Assembly: GCF_006345805.1 (NCBI RefSeq)
Contig: NC_042999.1
Coordinates: 127,410,001-127,474,000, forward strand
Direction of reading: 5' to 3'
Length of the DNA stretch: 64,000 bases
Source of the DNA: Octopus sinensis
Lineage: Eukaryota
Part shown: positions 1 through 12,280 of the stretch, piece by piece
Layout of the letters: each line of letters begins with the position of its first letter
Numbering within the stretch: position 1 is the first letter of the stretch
Notes under the pieces: generated by a model
Seen by the model: only the letters and a program-made list of their open reading frames with translations
Told to the model about the DNA's origin: nothing
Database searches by the model: none
Position numbers and translations under genes: made by a program

Positions 1-589
1 AAGGACCACTTTCCAAAACTTTGAATTCCCTGTTTCTTCCTCAGTGTAAATATTTACTTTGTACACTTGCGTATTGTTTGGTTTTTGCTTTTGTTTTTCC
101 TCAAGACTTTTGTAAATCTATTATGAGTGTGTGTACAAGTAAACTGCACTATTTCAACATATCTTGTAATTAATTTACTATTTATCCTTCATTTCTTCTT
201 GCTTGTTCTTTGTTGAAACTAAATGTCTCTCTATAGCAAAACATGTTAATTCAGTCTTTGAAATATTTTCTTGTTTTCTTGTTGAGAAAAATGCATTCAA
301 CTTCCAGTAAATGGGGTTCTGACTGTTGTTCTTATCTAAGTTGACTGTACAGGCTATGAATTCATGGCCCATGTAGTAAGCTACTTGAAACTGTTGATCC
401 TTCACACAATATCTATTGGTTAACCTGATAAAAACCCTCTCTTACTATAATACAACGTAAATGAGCCATGGCAATTTGTTTAATTTAGCACAATATTTGA
501 TAAATATTCTGGCTATGGTTATCCTAATTTTGATTTTAAAGGTGACATGGCAACTAAATTGTTCACATTATTGCTGTTGTTGGTGTTGT

Positions 590-810
590 TGTTGATGATG
601 AAGATGATGTTAAGTCATAGCTCAGCCTACATTGAGGAAACCTATTATTAAAGGCAATTTCATCTATGACCATCCCTTCTATGCACAAGCCAATGAATGC
701 ATCTAAAATCAATATACAATTCCTTTTTTAAAGACAGTAAGGTGTAATTTGATGGAAATTTGGCAGCTGTTTCTAGCAGGTCATGTAACAATATAAAGGC
801 TCACTTCTTT
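590..810 (-). repeat. Dispersed repeat (SINE/LINE-tail-like), one of many decayed copies (others ~20760-20975, 27240-27460, 27900-28110, 34510-34700, 44470-44540, 59090-59310)
   Basis: Recurring motif GTGTGATTTGAGGGAGATTTGGCTGCTATTTCTAGCAGGTC-like with a (TTG)n/(CAA)n end in many places in the window. Confidence 0.55.
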
Positions 811-1266
811 GGTTTAAAATCAATCAGGTTGTGTGTTTATGTGGAAACTGTCTTATATGAGGCACCTGTTTAATTTGTTTTATATATGAATAAAAATATA
901 TTAAAAAGACAAAACTATGAAGAGATGGATTAAATATTCATAAAGCAAAATCATACATCAGGCATCTTGTAATTATTGTAAAAGCTTTTTCTAATATGTT
1001 TTAATTACTTTTCTAATGAAAAGACATGTCAGATGAGTGAGTTAGTGGATTTGAGACTAGAATCAATGTCGCCAGTATGTTATCTCAGCAGATTTGGTAA
1101 AACCCATACTTTCTGACTCATTGATTTTTGAGATTTTTTTTACATCATTCACTTTTATTTTTAATTCAGTTCTTCCTATTATTTATTCAACCATGGAATT
1201 GTTAATAATTAAGTAGCAGTATAAATATTTTTTTTCTGTTTAATTCAATTCAATGCTGTTCTTATT

Positions 1267-1510
1267 TACAAGGGTAAGTCAAAAACTATAAGCACTCTTG
1301 TTTCTGTAATTTATTAAAATGAAAGCAGGAGTTGAACAATTATATCATTTGGACGTATTTCTTCTAGCAATCCACAAGCTTGCTTATTCTATGGGAGAAG
1401 GAGGTTTTCAGCTGGTTGTGCAGCCGTTTATGCACAACTTCCTTGTCCATAGCAAATTGACAACAGTGTAAAGGATATTTGAGCAGTCCACAGAGGTGAT
1501 AGTTGAGGGA
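1267..1510 (-). mobile_element. Mariner (Tc1/mariner, DD34D-type) transposon relic: terminal inverted repeat plus transposase C-terminus
   Basis: TA-CAAGGGTAAGTCAAAAACTAT resembles a mariner ITR. Minus-strand YHLCGLLKYPLHCCQFAMDKEVVHKRLHNQLKTSFSHRISKLVD resembles the mariner C-terminal DYHLFGPLK..L.G.RF..DEEV...V..WL..QP..FF..GI.KLV. Confidence 0.75.
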
Positions 1511-2159
1511 GATCTGACAACTATTTCTAACAGGTTGAGCTACTACACAGAGGCTACTCATGTTGACTCGATCATGCAATATAATTGGTCAGGATGATCT
1601 CAATAATTTACTGAGAGAAGCTGGTGAATATCCAAAGAGGAAAGTTTTACCTTCAAGAGGACATTGAGGTAATACAGATGATGCACAAAAATTTTTCTTC
1701 AGGGAATGGGCTTGCAAGGACCATGCAAAGTCATCAGAGATGTGGAGGCCAGGGAACATGACTAGTTTAATACCATCCATATTATCATCATGTAGTCAGG
1801 TTTCATCAAATGCCTGGTGTTCACAATAAGCTTCTTGGTTTTTCATTCAAGTAACTTAATTTGAAAGTATGCATTCTTATGGAGTATTTTACAGTGTGTG
1901 TCCTGCTTTTAGAATAGGTACATCCTATGTCAGCATGACTCAGAAGTAAGTAAAGGGATTGGTCACAGAAAGGGCATCTAGTTGTAAAACATAGATAAAC
2001 CATCTGACAAATGCTAGCATGGAAAAGCAGACATCTGATGTTGGTAATGTACTCTTATAGCCTGATAGCTTTTTCTGTTTGTGTAATCAAATATTTATTA
2101 ACTGCTTATATATCTACCCATAGTCATACAATAATGAAAATAGAAAGAAAAATCATTAA

Positions 2160-2388
2160 CCCTTCATTAGCATATTTATATTGAAATGTGCTACCTTTGT
2201 TTCATTTAATTTTGAAAAATAATGGAGAATTTACTAAAATAACTTTTTCATTATTAAGCTAGTGTTTGGAACATAGATTAACATAAAATTTTGATGAAAG
2301 ATCTTAATTTAAAATACTTTAAAAAAGCAAGTTTGTATCCTAAAACTAAAGGCGGTCTTGGGCTGGTTGGCATCAATGAAAAAAACGA
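2160..2388 (+). mobile_element. TTAA-flanked MITE, family A (piggyBac-type non-autonomous), decayed
   Basis: Starts TTAA-CCCTT. The body recurs at ~58584-58852 (+) and as partial minus copies at ~35310-35430 and ~51410-51515. Confidence 0.55.
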
Positions 2389-2775
2389 TTAATGATTAAT
2401 TCTGGTCAGGAAAGGCAAAGGAGACTATCCCCAAATCCAAATAATTAAATACACAATGGGAAAATGCAGTGAGAAATTAATCTGGTATTTGGTTAATAAT
2501 AGTGAGAACTCTGGACATGCTTTAGTCTCATTAGTCCTTCTTAGTGAAACAGTCTTACTTACAATAGCCAGATCCTAGATGGCAGACACACACACACACA
2601 CCTACAATACAATGCAATTCAGTACATATGTATATACATACATTTATTTCATTTATTTATATTTATTTAAAACTGCTGTTTTCCACATATACAGGCTTGT
2701 CCTTTCAAGTATTGGTGCCACATAAAAAGCACCCATATATATATATATATTAAAAATGGGGAAGGCTAGTTTATA

Positions 2776-2834
2776 GGATTACCTTAGGTTTCCTGTCCAT
2801 AAAGGGTTTAGCTTTATAGTATATCGTCAGATCC
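2776..2834 (-). ncRNA. Type I hammerhead-ribozyme-like motif on the opposite arm
   Basis: Minus strand reads GGAT-CTGACGA-TATA-CTATAAAG...CTTTATGG-ACAG-GAAA-CC-TAA-GG-TA-ATCC. Confidence 0.45.
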
Positions 2835-2847
2835 CAACAGGTTTTTA

Positions 2848-2906
2848 GGATCTGAAGAAATGCCATAATGCTAATCTCTTTATGGATGGGAAACCTAAGG
2901 TAATCC
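2848..2906 (+). ncRNA. Type I hammerhead-ribozyme-like motif (non-canonical stem II base)
   Basis: GGAT-CTGAAGA-AATG-CCATAA...TTATGG-ATGG-GAAA-CC-TAA-GG-TA-ATCC. Stem I is GGAU/AUCC, stem III is ACC/GGU and the cleavage triplet is GUA. The G10.1-C11.1 pair is absent. Confidence 0.5.
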
Positions 2907-2997
2907 CATAAACTGGCCTTCCCCATTTTTAATATATATATATATATATACACATACATATATATATATACATACTCATACACACATATATGCATCA

Positions 2998-3150
2998 CTA
3001 TCATTTAATGTTCATTTTCCATGCTGGCATGAGTTGAATGGTTTGACAGGAGCTGACCAACTGAAGGGCTGTTCTCTGTCTGGGCATGGTTTCTGTGGCT
3101 GGATGCCTTTCCTAACACCAACCACTTTACAGAGTATACCGGATGCTTTT
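2998..3150 (-). mobile_element. SINE 3' portion with (GAT)n tail (family of 31690-32107)
   Basis: CATTTAATGTTCATTTTCCATGCTGGCATG...GGATGCCTTTCCTAACACCAACCAC is the reverse complement of the family tail. Confidence 0.6.
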
Positions 3151-3568
3151 ACGCAACACCACGCGTATACACATGATGGTAGTATTTTGTAGTCTGAGAA
3201 AGACAGTTCTGTAATTTCTTACTGAATTCTCTGCACAAATGATTTGTTTATAATGATTAAATGTTTGTGCTATAAAATTAGCTCACTCCCTCCATCAAAT
3301 TGATGTTGTTTCAACAGGTGCACTGTGTATCACACATCAGGTGTCAAAGTAATCTCAAAGCAATACGAGATGAAGTGATTTGCTGAAGAATACAATGCAC
3401 CATCTGGTCTAGGAATTGAAACCGTGACTGCGAGATCATGGGTATAAAGAATGCACTAGGTATTTTATGAAGACAACTTTACAACTGTAATGGGCTATAA
3501 GTGGAAGACAATCTAACATAATGTTATGTGTCATGCACCAAATTTTAACTTTCTCATTTCTTTTTCAG

Positions 3569-4150
3569 ATGTATTGACACCAACATAGCAAATTCCAATA
3601 AAAAGCCACATAGTACCAATCACAGTGATTTGTAGTTGGGAAAGAGCTCTGGTAGGGATGTGTCATTAATGGCTAACAGTCGGAAATATTGTCAGTGATC
3701 AGACTTCTTCAAGATGGCAGTTTGTCCAGCAGGTCCAGGACATTATCAAGAATCCCAGCTGGTCCATCACTAGGGGATGGGGGAGGGGCTCAAAATGGTA
3801 GAGTTCACTATCAGTTGTGTGGTACAGGAGGAGGAGGATATCAAGTACAAGCCCTACACAATCAAGAGAAAGATGTTCATGACTGGCAAGATCTGACAGA
3901 ACAACATAATTCAATTGAAGCAGTTGCTAAACAAGTTGAAGCACCTTGAGAAACCTGTCAAGCTCTAGTTCTTCACCAATGAGAACTTCTAAAAAGACCA
4001 GAAAGTGAACAAAAGGAACAACACATTGCTTCACTAGACTCCAAAGATTCTCATCAAGTTCTCATCATCTCTAATGGTCCTGGGCCCATGCGCATCAAAG
4101 ACCATATTATGCTGCTTCATTTTTCTTGTAGGACTTCCGGTTCAATACCC
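3569..4150 (+). pseudogene. Decayed Tc1/mariner-superfamily transposase (maT/DD37D-like)
   Basis: Collinear peptide remnants across stops and frameshifts: NHSDL, FVQQVQDIIKNPSWSI (from 3721), EEDIKYKPYTIKR, QLLNKLKHLE, FFTNENF*KDQKVNKRN, IKFSSSLMVLG, DHIMLLHF. These parallel the DD37D motifs FFSDEKNF.QDQKVN.RN, TKFPA.VMVLG and GHVMPPHFF. Confidence 0.7.
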
Positions 4151-4749
4151 TCATTTGCATTTGGGTACCAAAAGCAGTTCACAGGTTACTGGATCTAAGT
4201 TTAGCTAAGTCAGATGAAAATAATCAAAACCAATTTGGGTTGCATTGAGGTTTATTTAAAATTGCCAGTAACAAGAGCCTAGATCGTTTTGCTTGCATGT
4301 GTACATATATATGCTAAAGGTATCCATTAATCTTTTGAGACTATGAATCTGCACCCGAAAAATCTTTTGATCTTGTTGGCAGAGTAATGTCTATTGTGAA
4401 TGTAAGGACCGACATGTGAGTGACAGACTTATCTAATTAAAAAAAAACCTCTTGTCTGTTTGAAACTCCAGCAGAAGCAACTACCAGCAACATTCTCCCA
4501 CCTTTCAGCGTTCATATATGCATTCATACATACACATATATATGTACATGTGTGTATACACCCTCATTTTCGCTGACTGCATCATACAGTCAGATAATCA
4601 GCTGACTGACAAATGTTAACAGGCCCATTTCATTAACTGGAAACCCAAGGTATTGACCTGAGTTTACTGGCTGTAACTTATATTGATGATGATGATAATG
4701 ATGATGAAAATGAAGATGAAGATGATGGAGACATAATAAGATATTTTTT

Positions 4750-6983
4750 TTCCTGCCAGAACACAAAATGTGTTCCTGCAAACGCATTGCACTCGCAAAA
4801 AGGTCAGTCCGAAGCTTCGTCAGGCGGAAAAACAAGAATTTAAATTTACTCAGACTACTACAGTGTAAACAGACTGCGAGTCTAGTAGTTTTTTCTTCTT
4901 CTGGGAAATGCATTCCAGATGTATTTTGAGAAATGATTGTATTATATTAATCATGTAGCTGTAGGTAAAGCTATTTATCAAGTCACTCTAACGACAAGTC
5001 TTAATAAAATTTGAGGATTTGAATTTTACGAGTGTTCGTCGCGAGTTTAGAAAGACATTATGTTAATACATGTGCGTCAAGTTTTTCGTTTTCTTTTGTT
5101 TAAGTTATACATTATATAAAGTTAATGCATTACTGAACCATAAATATTTTGCCTGAAGATCTATCTATCTGTCTGTCTGTCTATTTACCAATGTGTGTGT
5201 GTAATCATACACTGTGAAATACCCGTGTCTATGTGTGAGTTATATGAACAATTCGTTTAGAAAGACATCTGAAAGTTGATAGTAAACGAAGTAACTGTAA
5301 ACCCCCTCGAGTTTTAAGCCTCCCCTTCATACTTGAGGGTGGGGGCATAAAACTTTTCTTTCAAAATATTTGCATCCGCTCAACAAAGAAAAAATACACA
5401 AACTAAGTAATAATTACATAGAATTAAGAGAAAGAAAAGAGGATGTACAAGTCTGTTGATTTAGAGGTCACGACCTGGTCAGTTAAGTATAAAAAGATCC
5501 TTAGTACTTCGCTATATAGGCCAATGTGGTATGTCTAGCTATGCTTATCGCAGAGTGGTGATTTAAGGAAGCTGTGCTTTATACATCTTCCCGCTTCTCC
5601 TCTCATCCTAAAGCAGAAGTCGAAAAGAAATTACTTTCGGGATTACATTTACTGACTTTTGTTTCCTCTTAAACAACTGCGATTGTACCAGCGGGAAATT
5701 ACTGTTTGATTAAAGTTGTGTGATAAAGGCGGGGTACGTAAGTTATGTGGTGACGGCCGAAATATATTAGAAGGCGAGAGAGAGAGAAAGGGCTTCTATA
5801 CACCACCTTTCCGAATAAATCCAGAGACATGTACCTCTATGTAAGAAGGTGAATATTGATAGAGATAGAGAGGAAAGAGAGAAAGCAAAAGTGTCGCGTG
5901 TTTGAAGGAGTTGGAAAGGAGAAAGGGTAAAAATAGAGGAAGTGTGTCAAAGTGAGAGTAACTATTAGACAGATTACAGACAGAAATAAACATAGACAAG
6001 GAGGTTTCATTGAAAAACAATAGAAAAATTATTTGTAATTTTGCGTTTGTGTTCTTACGGCAACGAACGTACGTGTGTCAATAGTAAAACAGAAAAAAAG
6101 CCTAATTATGAAGTGAAGAAAGTGAAAGAGAAGTTCATAAATAGATACATAAACAGAAGAGAGAAAAAGCCCGTTTCAATAAGAAATGGGTTTGAAAGAT
6201 AGTTCACACAGGAGGGAAAAGGAGAGAATGGGTGTTTGTACAAGTGATAAAAAAAAATCATTTACATCGGGAGAGAGAGACAAGATGATAATGAAAGAAA
6301 GAGAGCCAGAGGGAGAGAGAGAGATTAAAAGTGTGTTTGAGAAACAGTAAAGACTATGACTGTGTGTAAAAAAAAAACTGTGTGAGTGTTGATTGAATAA
6401 AAGAGTGCGAAGTGTATGGGAGAATGAAAATGAACGAGAGAAAAAGGAACAAAATGAGTGTTAAATGAACATCAGATAGAAATAGAGGGAGGGAAAAGAA
6501 AACTAGAGATATATAGAGCGAGAAATAAAGAGGAAGAAAGATAGGAAGAGAGGGAAAAGTTAGTATTTGCGTGTGTGTGTGCGCGCGCGAGTGAGTGATA
6601 AGAGATATGGGAGGGGGTAGCGAGGAAAACTCATCAGTGCTGTCTGTAATACAAAACTTGCCAAGTATTAAAGGCCTTTCCAGCTCAGGTCGATAGTGCT
6701 TTGCCACTGTTATTGTTGCTAGTTATTATCAACAGCAGTAGTGGTAGACCGTGGCGACGGCGACGGCAGTTAGTTATTAGTGGTAATAGTAGTAGTGGTA
6801 GCAAGCAAAGAGTCGGTGGTAGTAATGTGACGGCGGGTCTGTCTGTATCAGTAGCAATGCTGTCTAAGTTAAGATAGAGAGAGAGAGATGAAAGAGACCA
6901 ACCAGTCAGTTTAGTTAGTAACACCTGACTAGGAAAAATTGTCTGCTGGATTATTTTACATATGGCAGACTGATGATATATCC
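4750..6983 (+). promoter_or_regulatory. Putative promoter / 5'UTR region
   Basis: Poor in recognisable repeats and visibly richer in CpG than the flanks. Contains CCAAT (~5521), a GC-box-like GGCGGGG (~5728) and a long purine-rich tract (5770-6560), and ends in a splice donor at 7008 followed by intron-like sequence. Confidence 0.35.
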
Positions 6984-7007
6984 ATGTCTGGAAACCCCGA
7001 CTTTCAG
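6984..7007 (+). CDS. Candidate first coding micro-exon (MSGNPDFQ, phase 0) of an unidentified gene; may instead be a uORF
   Basis: ATG TCT GGA AAC CCC GAC TTT CAG|GTAGGA. The donor is good and sits at the end of the CpG-richer region. No in-frame downstream exon was identified. Confidence 0.35.
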
Positions 7008-7259
7008 GTAGGAGCAATTCATTCAGAACGGAGATAAACCACACCTTATAAACAACTTCGATTTTCTTTTTATCCCTTAAAAGCAAATTTAAACATTATG
7101 GGTTTAGTTTCGTTGTTGATGTTCATTGTATGTGTGTATTCAGTAACTTTCTTTACTTTCTACTATTTAAAACAAATCGATCTCTTAAAAAGAAATGTAC
7201 TTAATAATTTATCGACGATTACCACTGTTTTGATAACTTTATAAACCATTTTAAACGTT

Positions 7260-7321
<62 letters not shown>

Positions 7322-7351
7322 GCTAAAACGAAAGATGGCCTGTATATATAT

Positions 7352-7394
<43 letters not shown>

Positions 7395-7839
7395 TATATA
7401 TATGTATGTATACATAATAGGTTTTGTTTATCGTTCAAAATCACTCAGTAAAAGAACATAGGTTATGATCTTTGTTAATACACACGGTTTATATATATAT
7501 ATGTATATATATATATGAGGAAGAGAGCACAAATGTAAAGTTTATTAATTTACTAGAAGCTGATTTCTCACTTTTTCCATATTCTAACTTTTGTGGTTGA
7601 TCTCTCTTTCATGTATATATATACATACATAAACACATATATACACCTATATAGTTGTAAAAGTTTACCTATATGTGTGCGTGTGTATCTTAGATTGGCA
7701 TATGTGTGAATCAAATGTTTGTGTGTATATATATAAATATATATATATATAAGTTTGTATAAATATATAGACACGCAAACTGCATATTATATGAAGTATG
7801 TCAAATGTATGTGTGTGTGTATGTATATATCTATCTATC

Positions 7840-7873
<34 letters not shown>

Positions 7874-7972
7874 GGGCATTTGCATAATTTACATTATAAC
7901 GTGTTGTAATATGTATTCTTACCGCAAAGTTGTGATATAAAGCTCAATAAGTTGGGTAAAAAGCTGTGTTTC

Positions 7973-7974
<2 letters not shown>

Positions 7975-8028
<54 letters not shown>

Positions 8029-8628
8029 TTAATATATGTATATATGTCTTTCCATATTTGTTTATGTGTGTATATAATCTAAATGTATATTTATATGTAT
8101 GTATATACATATGTATATGTGTACATATACGTACGTTTATATATATATATATATAAATGTATATACATGTACATATGTTTATGTACACATGTGTATGTAT
8201 ATACATATATATATATGTATGTGTACATATATGTATATATATATATATATATATACATATATATAGACATATACATGTGTATGTGTGTATGTATAGATAT
8301 GCATGTGTATGTATATGTATACGTATGCATGTATATGTATGTGTATCATATAGATATACATGTGTTTGTATATATATATATATATATGTGTGTATATATA
8401 TACATGTAAATATATATACATATGTATATATATTACATGTATATATATACACATGTATATTATATATATATATAATGTATATATATACACATGTATATAT
8501 ATATATGTGTATATATATATACACATGTATATATTTATATATATATATGTGTATATATATATATGTATATATATACACATGTATATATATATATATATAT
8601 ATATGTATATTATATATATATATACACA

Positions 8629-8669
<41 letters not shown>

Positions 8670-9235
8670 TTAATATATGTATATATGTCTTTCCATATTT
8701 GTTTATGTGTGTATATATATCTAAATGTATATTTATATGTATGTATATACATATGTATATGTGTACATATACGTACGTTTATATATATATATATAAATGT
8801 ATATACATGTACATATGTTTATGTACACATGTGTATGTATATACATATATATATATGTATGTGTACATATATGTATATATATATATATATATACATATAT
8901 ATAGACATATACATGTGTATGTGTGTATGTATAGATATGCATGTGTATGTATATGTATACGTATGCATGTATATGTATGTGTATCATATAGATATACATG
9001 TGTTTGTATATATATATATATATGTGTGTATATATATACATGTAAATATATATACATATGTATATATATTTACATGTATATATATACACATGTATATATA
9101 TATAATATATATGTATATATATACACATGTATATATATATGTGTATATATATATACACATGTATATATTATATGTGTATATATATATACATATGTATATA
9201 TATATATATATAGTATATATATATATATTATATAC

Positions 9236-9268
<33 letters not shown>

Positions 9269-9508
9269 TATACATGTATATATATATATATATGTATATA
9301 TATACACATGTATATATATGTATATATATATGTATATATATATATATGTATATATACACATGTATATATATACAAATGTATATATATATATATGTATATA
9401 TATACACATGTATATATGTATATATATACACATGTATATATATATATGTATATATATATACACATGTATATATATATATGTATATATATACACATGTATA
9501 TATATAGT

Positions 9509-9540
<32 letters not shown>

Positions 9541-9784
9541 ATATATATATATGCACATGTATATATATATCCACATATACATGTACATATATACGTATAT
9601 ACATATAAATGTACATTATGTGAAGTTGATTTATTATTAAATAAATGTCCAAATATATGTATATAGATATATAAATGTACACATATATATAAATGTAAAT
9701 TTGTGTATATAGTCTGTGTGTGTGTATATTTATATATATATATGAATGGGTATTTATGTATGTGCATAACACACACACATATAT

Positions 9785-9835
<51 letters not shown>

Positions 9836-9870
9836 TATTTATTACTATATATATATATATATGTATTTAT
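7975..9870. repeat. Compound (TA)n/(TG)n microsatellite array with an internal ~641-bp tandem duplication
   Basis: The marker ATGCATTAATATATGTATATATGTCTTTCCATATTTG occurs at 8024 and 8665, followed by collinear sequence. Confidence 0.95.
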
Positions 9871-10141
9871 TACTATGTACATAGATATATGTCTGTGTAT
9901 GTGCTCATGCTTGGTGTTTATACATGTTAGTGTACTACAAACTTTTAATCAGACATATTTGAGTGTTTTCTAATTATAGAACCACTAAGCTCTCTCGGCA
10001 TATTTACCTGGAACAGCGGAGGGTTAGGTTAAAATTTGTATTATAGTGAAGGCAAAATGCATTTCCTTTCATATAAAACTTTGAGCTTGAATTCACTGTT
10101 ATCATTAGTTCTGAAAGATATCATCATATGTGTATGTGTGT

Positions 10142-10177
<36 letters not shown>

Positions 10178-10593
10178 TATATTTCTTCTTTCATTTAACG
10201 CTTTTCTTTATTATAGGACCCATTTCCTTTACACTTATAGGCCAGCCGCTAAATTGAACTTGTTAATTTTAAGCTTTAACTCATGAATAGTTTTTCAAGT
10301 GTTTATAAGTTACAACTTTTCATATGCTAGAATTGCACCATGTTAAAGTGCGCGAAAGTGTTAGTTAATTAACTTTAGGCATGTTGGAGAGATTTCTTCC
10401 TTTGTGATCTATTTTCTTCGTTCGATCAGAGATGATCCAAAATAAGTAGCTGAGATCGATCCATTTGAAAAAGATATTATCAACTCGACTTTTCTAAACG
10501 AAAACTTGATATTATGGTGCGCATATATATTATATCCATAGCAAATAAATACATGCAAACGCACATGCATGTGTTTGTGTACATTTATGTGTG

Positions 10594-10638
<45 letters not shown>

Positions 10639-11182
10639 AGAGAGAGAGAGAGAAATCACAATCGTCCGAAGATCGAAAACGAGAAATATGCTAACGATTT
10701 GCGAAGTTTTCAGCTTTCAGTAAATACACACACACGCGTATGTATGTATGTGTTTTCATGTGTGTAATCATCACAATGGATTAGGGTGATTATTACACAA
10801 AATAGTATTAATAATATTAGTTATTGATATTACAATGTATGGTTCGGATTGGAATAATTATCTTTATAGTGTTCACACACACCAAGCACTAATATTTACA
10901 TTGAAAGTTCGTTTTCCTGTTGTGTGTGTGTGTTGTGTATGTTAGTTTTTATTCGTTTCCATTGAAAGTTTACGTCGGTAAGCCCACTTAAAAAAAAAAA
11001 AGTGCCGTTCACAATAAAGAAGAATAATAAAAACGGCTATACCCCACCTAGTATGTCGTATTGTACTCCACCGAGTTAGTAAGCCAGGCACCACTGTAGA
11101 TGTCTTATAAACTTATTTTTACTAGACCACATTTATTTCTCAGGTGTTAGCAAACACGACAGCTGTCATGCGTGGGTGTTTT

Positions 11183-11393
11183 GTATATATATATATATTT
11201 ATGTATATATATATATATATATATATTTATGTATATAGGAGGGTAACTTTCTAGGTGCAATCCCATGGTCATTCATGACCGAAGGGGGTCTTTACCCTTT
11301 ATATATATATATATATATTTTATGTAATATATATATATATATATTTATGTATATATATATATATTATATATATATTTATGTATATATATATAT

Positions 11394-11425
<32 letters not shown>

Positions 11426-11539
11426 TATGTTATATATATATATATATTTATGTATATATATATATATATATATTTATGTATATATATATATATATATTTA
11501 TGTATATATATATATTTATGTATATATATTATATATATT

Positions 11540-11575
<36 letters not shown>

Positions 11576-12017
11576 GTATATATATATATATATATATTAT
11601 ATATTTATATATTATATATATTTATGTATATTATATATTTATATATATATTTATGTATATATATATATATATATATTATGTATATATATATATATGTATA
11701 TATATATATTATGTATATATATATTTATGTATATATATATTTATGTATATATATATATTTATGTGTATATATATATTTATGTATATATATATTTATGTAT
11801 ATATATATTTATGTATATATATATTTATGTATATATATATATTTATGTATATATATATATGTATATATATATATATTTATGTATATATATGTATATATAT
11901 ATTTATGTATATATATATATGTATATATATTTATGTATATATATATGTATATATATATTTATGTATATATATATATGTATATATATCTATGTATATATAT
12001 ATCTATGTATATATATA

Positions 12018-12064
<47 letters not shown>

Positions 12065-12066
12065 GG
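11183..12066. repeat. (TA)n-TTTATG higher-order microsatellite ending in (GA)n
   Basis: Repeating ATATATATTTATGT units, with a short non-repetitive insert at ~11238-11300. Confidence 0.95.
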
Positions 12067-12249
12067 AGATAGGTAGATAATCTCAAGGGCGTAGCCAGAA
12101 TTTCGACGAAGGGGTTCTCAATTTATTAAAATGGACCCACCAGTAGTCGTCTAAGTTGCGAAAAGAAAAAAAATTAAATTAAATGTTAGATATTTGTATG
12201 GGAGATACAGCATTTTCCGTCCGAACCTAACAACCTCTCCCATGGCTCT

Positions 12250-12280
<31 letters not shown>

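Larger units (their letters stand above)
2750..2932. mobile_element. Palindromic (fold-back) element inserted in a (TA)n tract
   Basis: Arms 2750-2834 and 2848-2932 (85 bp each) are reverse complements with scattered mismatches. There is a 13-nt loop and (TA)n on both sides. Confidence 0.85.

Noticed and set aside
1-900. U-rich stretch with AATAAA (~888) resembling the 3'UTR of an upstream gene
   Set aside because: Indistinguishable from AT-rich background without transcript data.
3689-3949. 86-aa ORF with Gly-rich segment
   Set aside because: It is an off-frame reading of the decayed transposase.
6940-7012. CTGATGA...GAAA with an upstream hairpin (TCTGCT/GGCAGA) resembling a type III hammerhead
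   Set aside because: The cleavage position would be G, stem III cannot form and stem II is weak; treated as chance.
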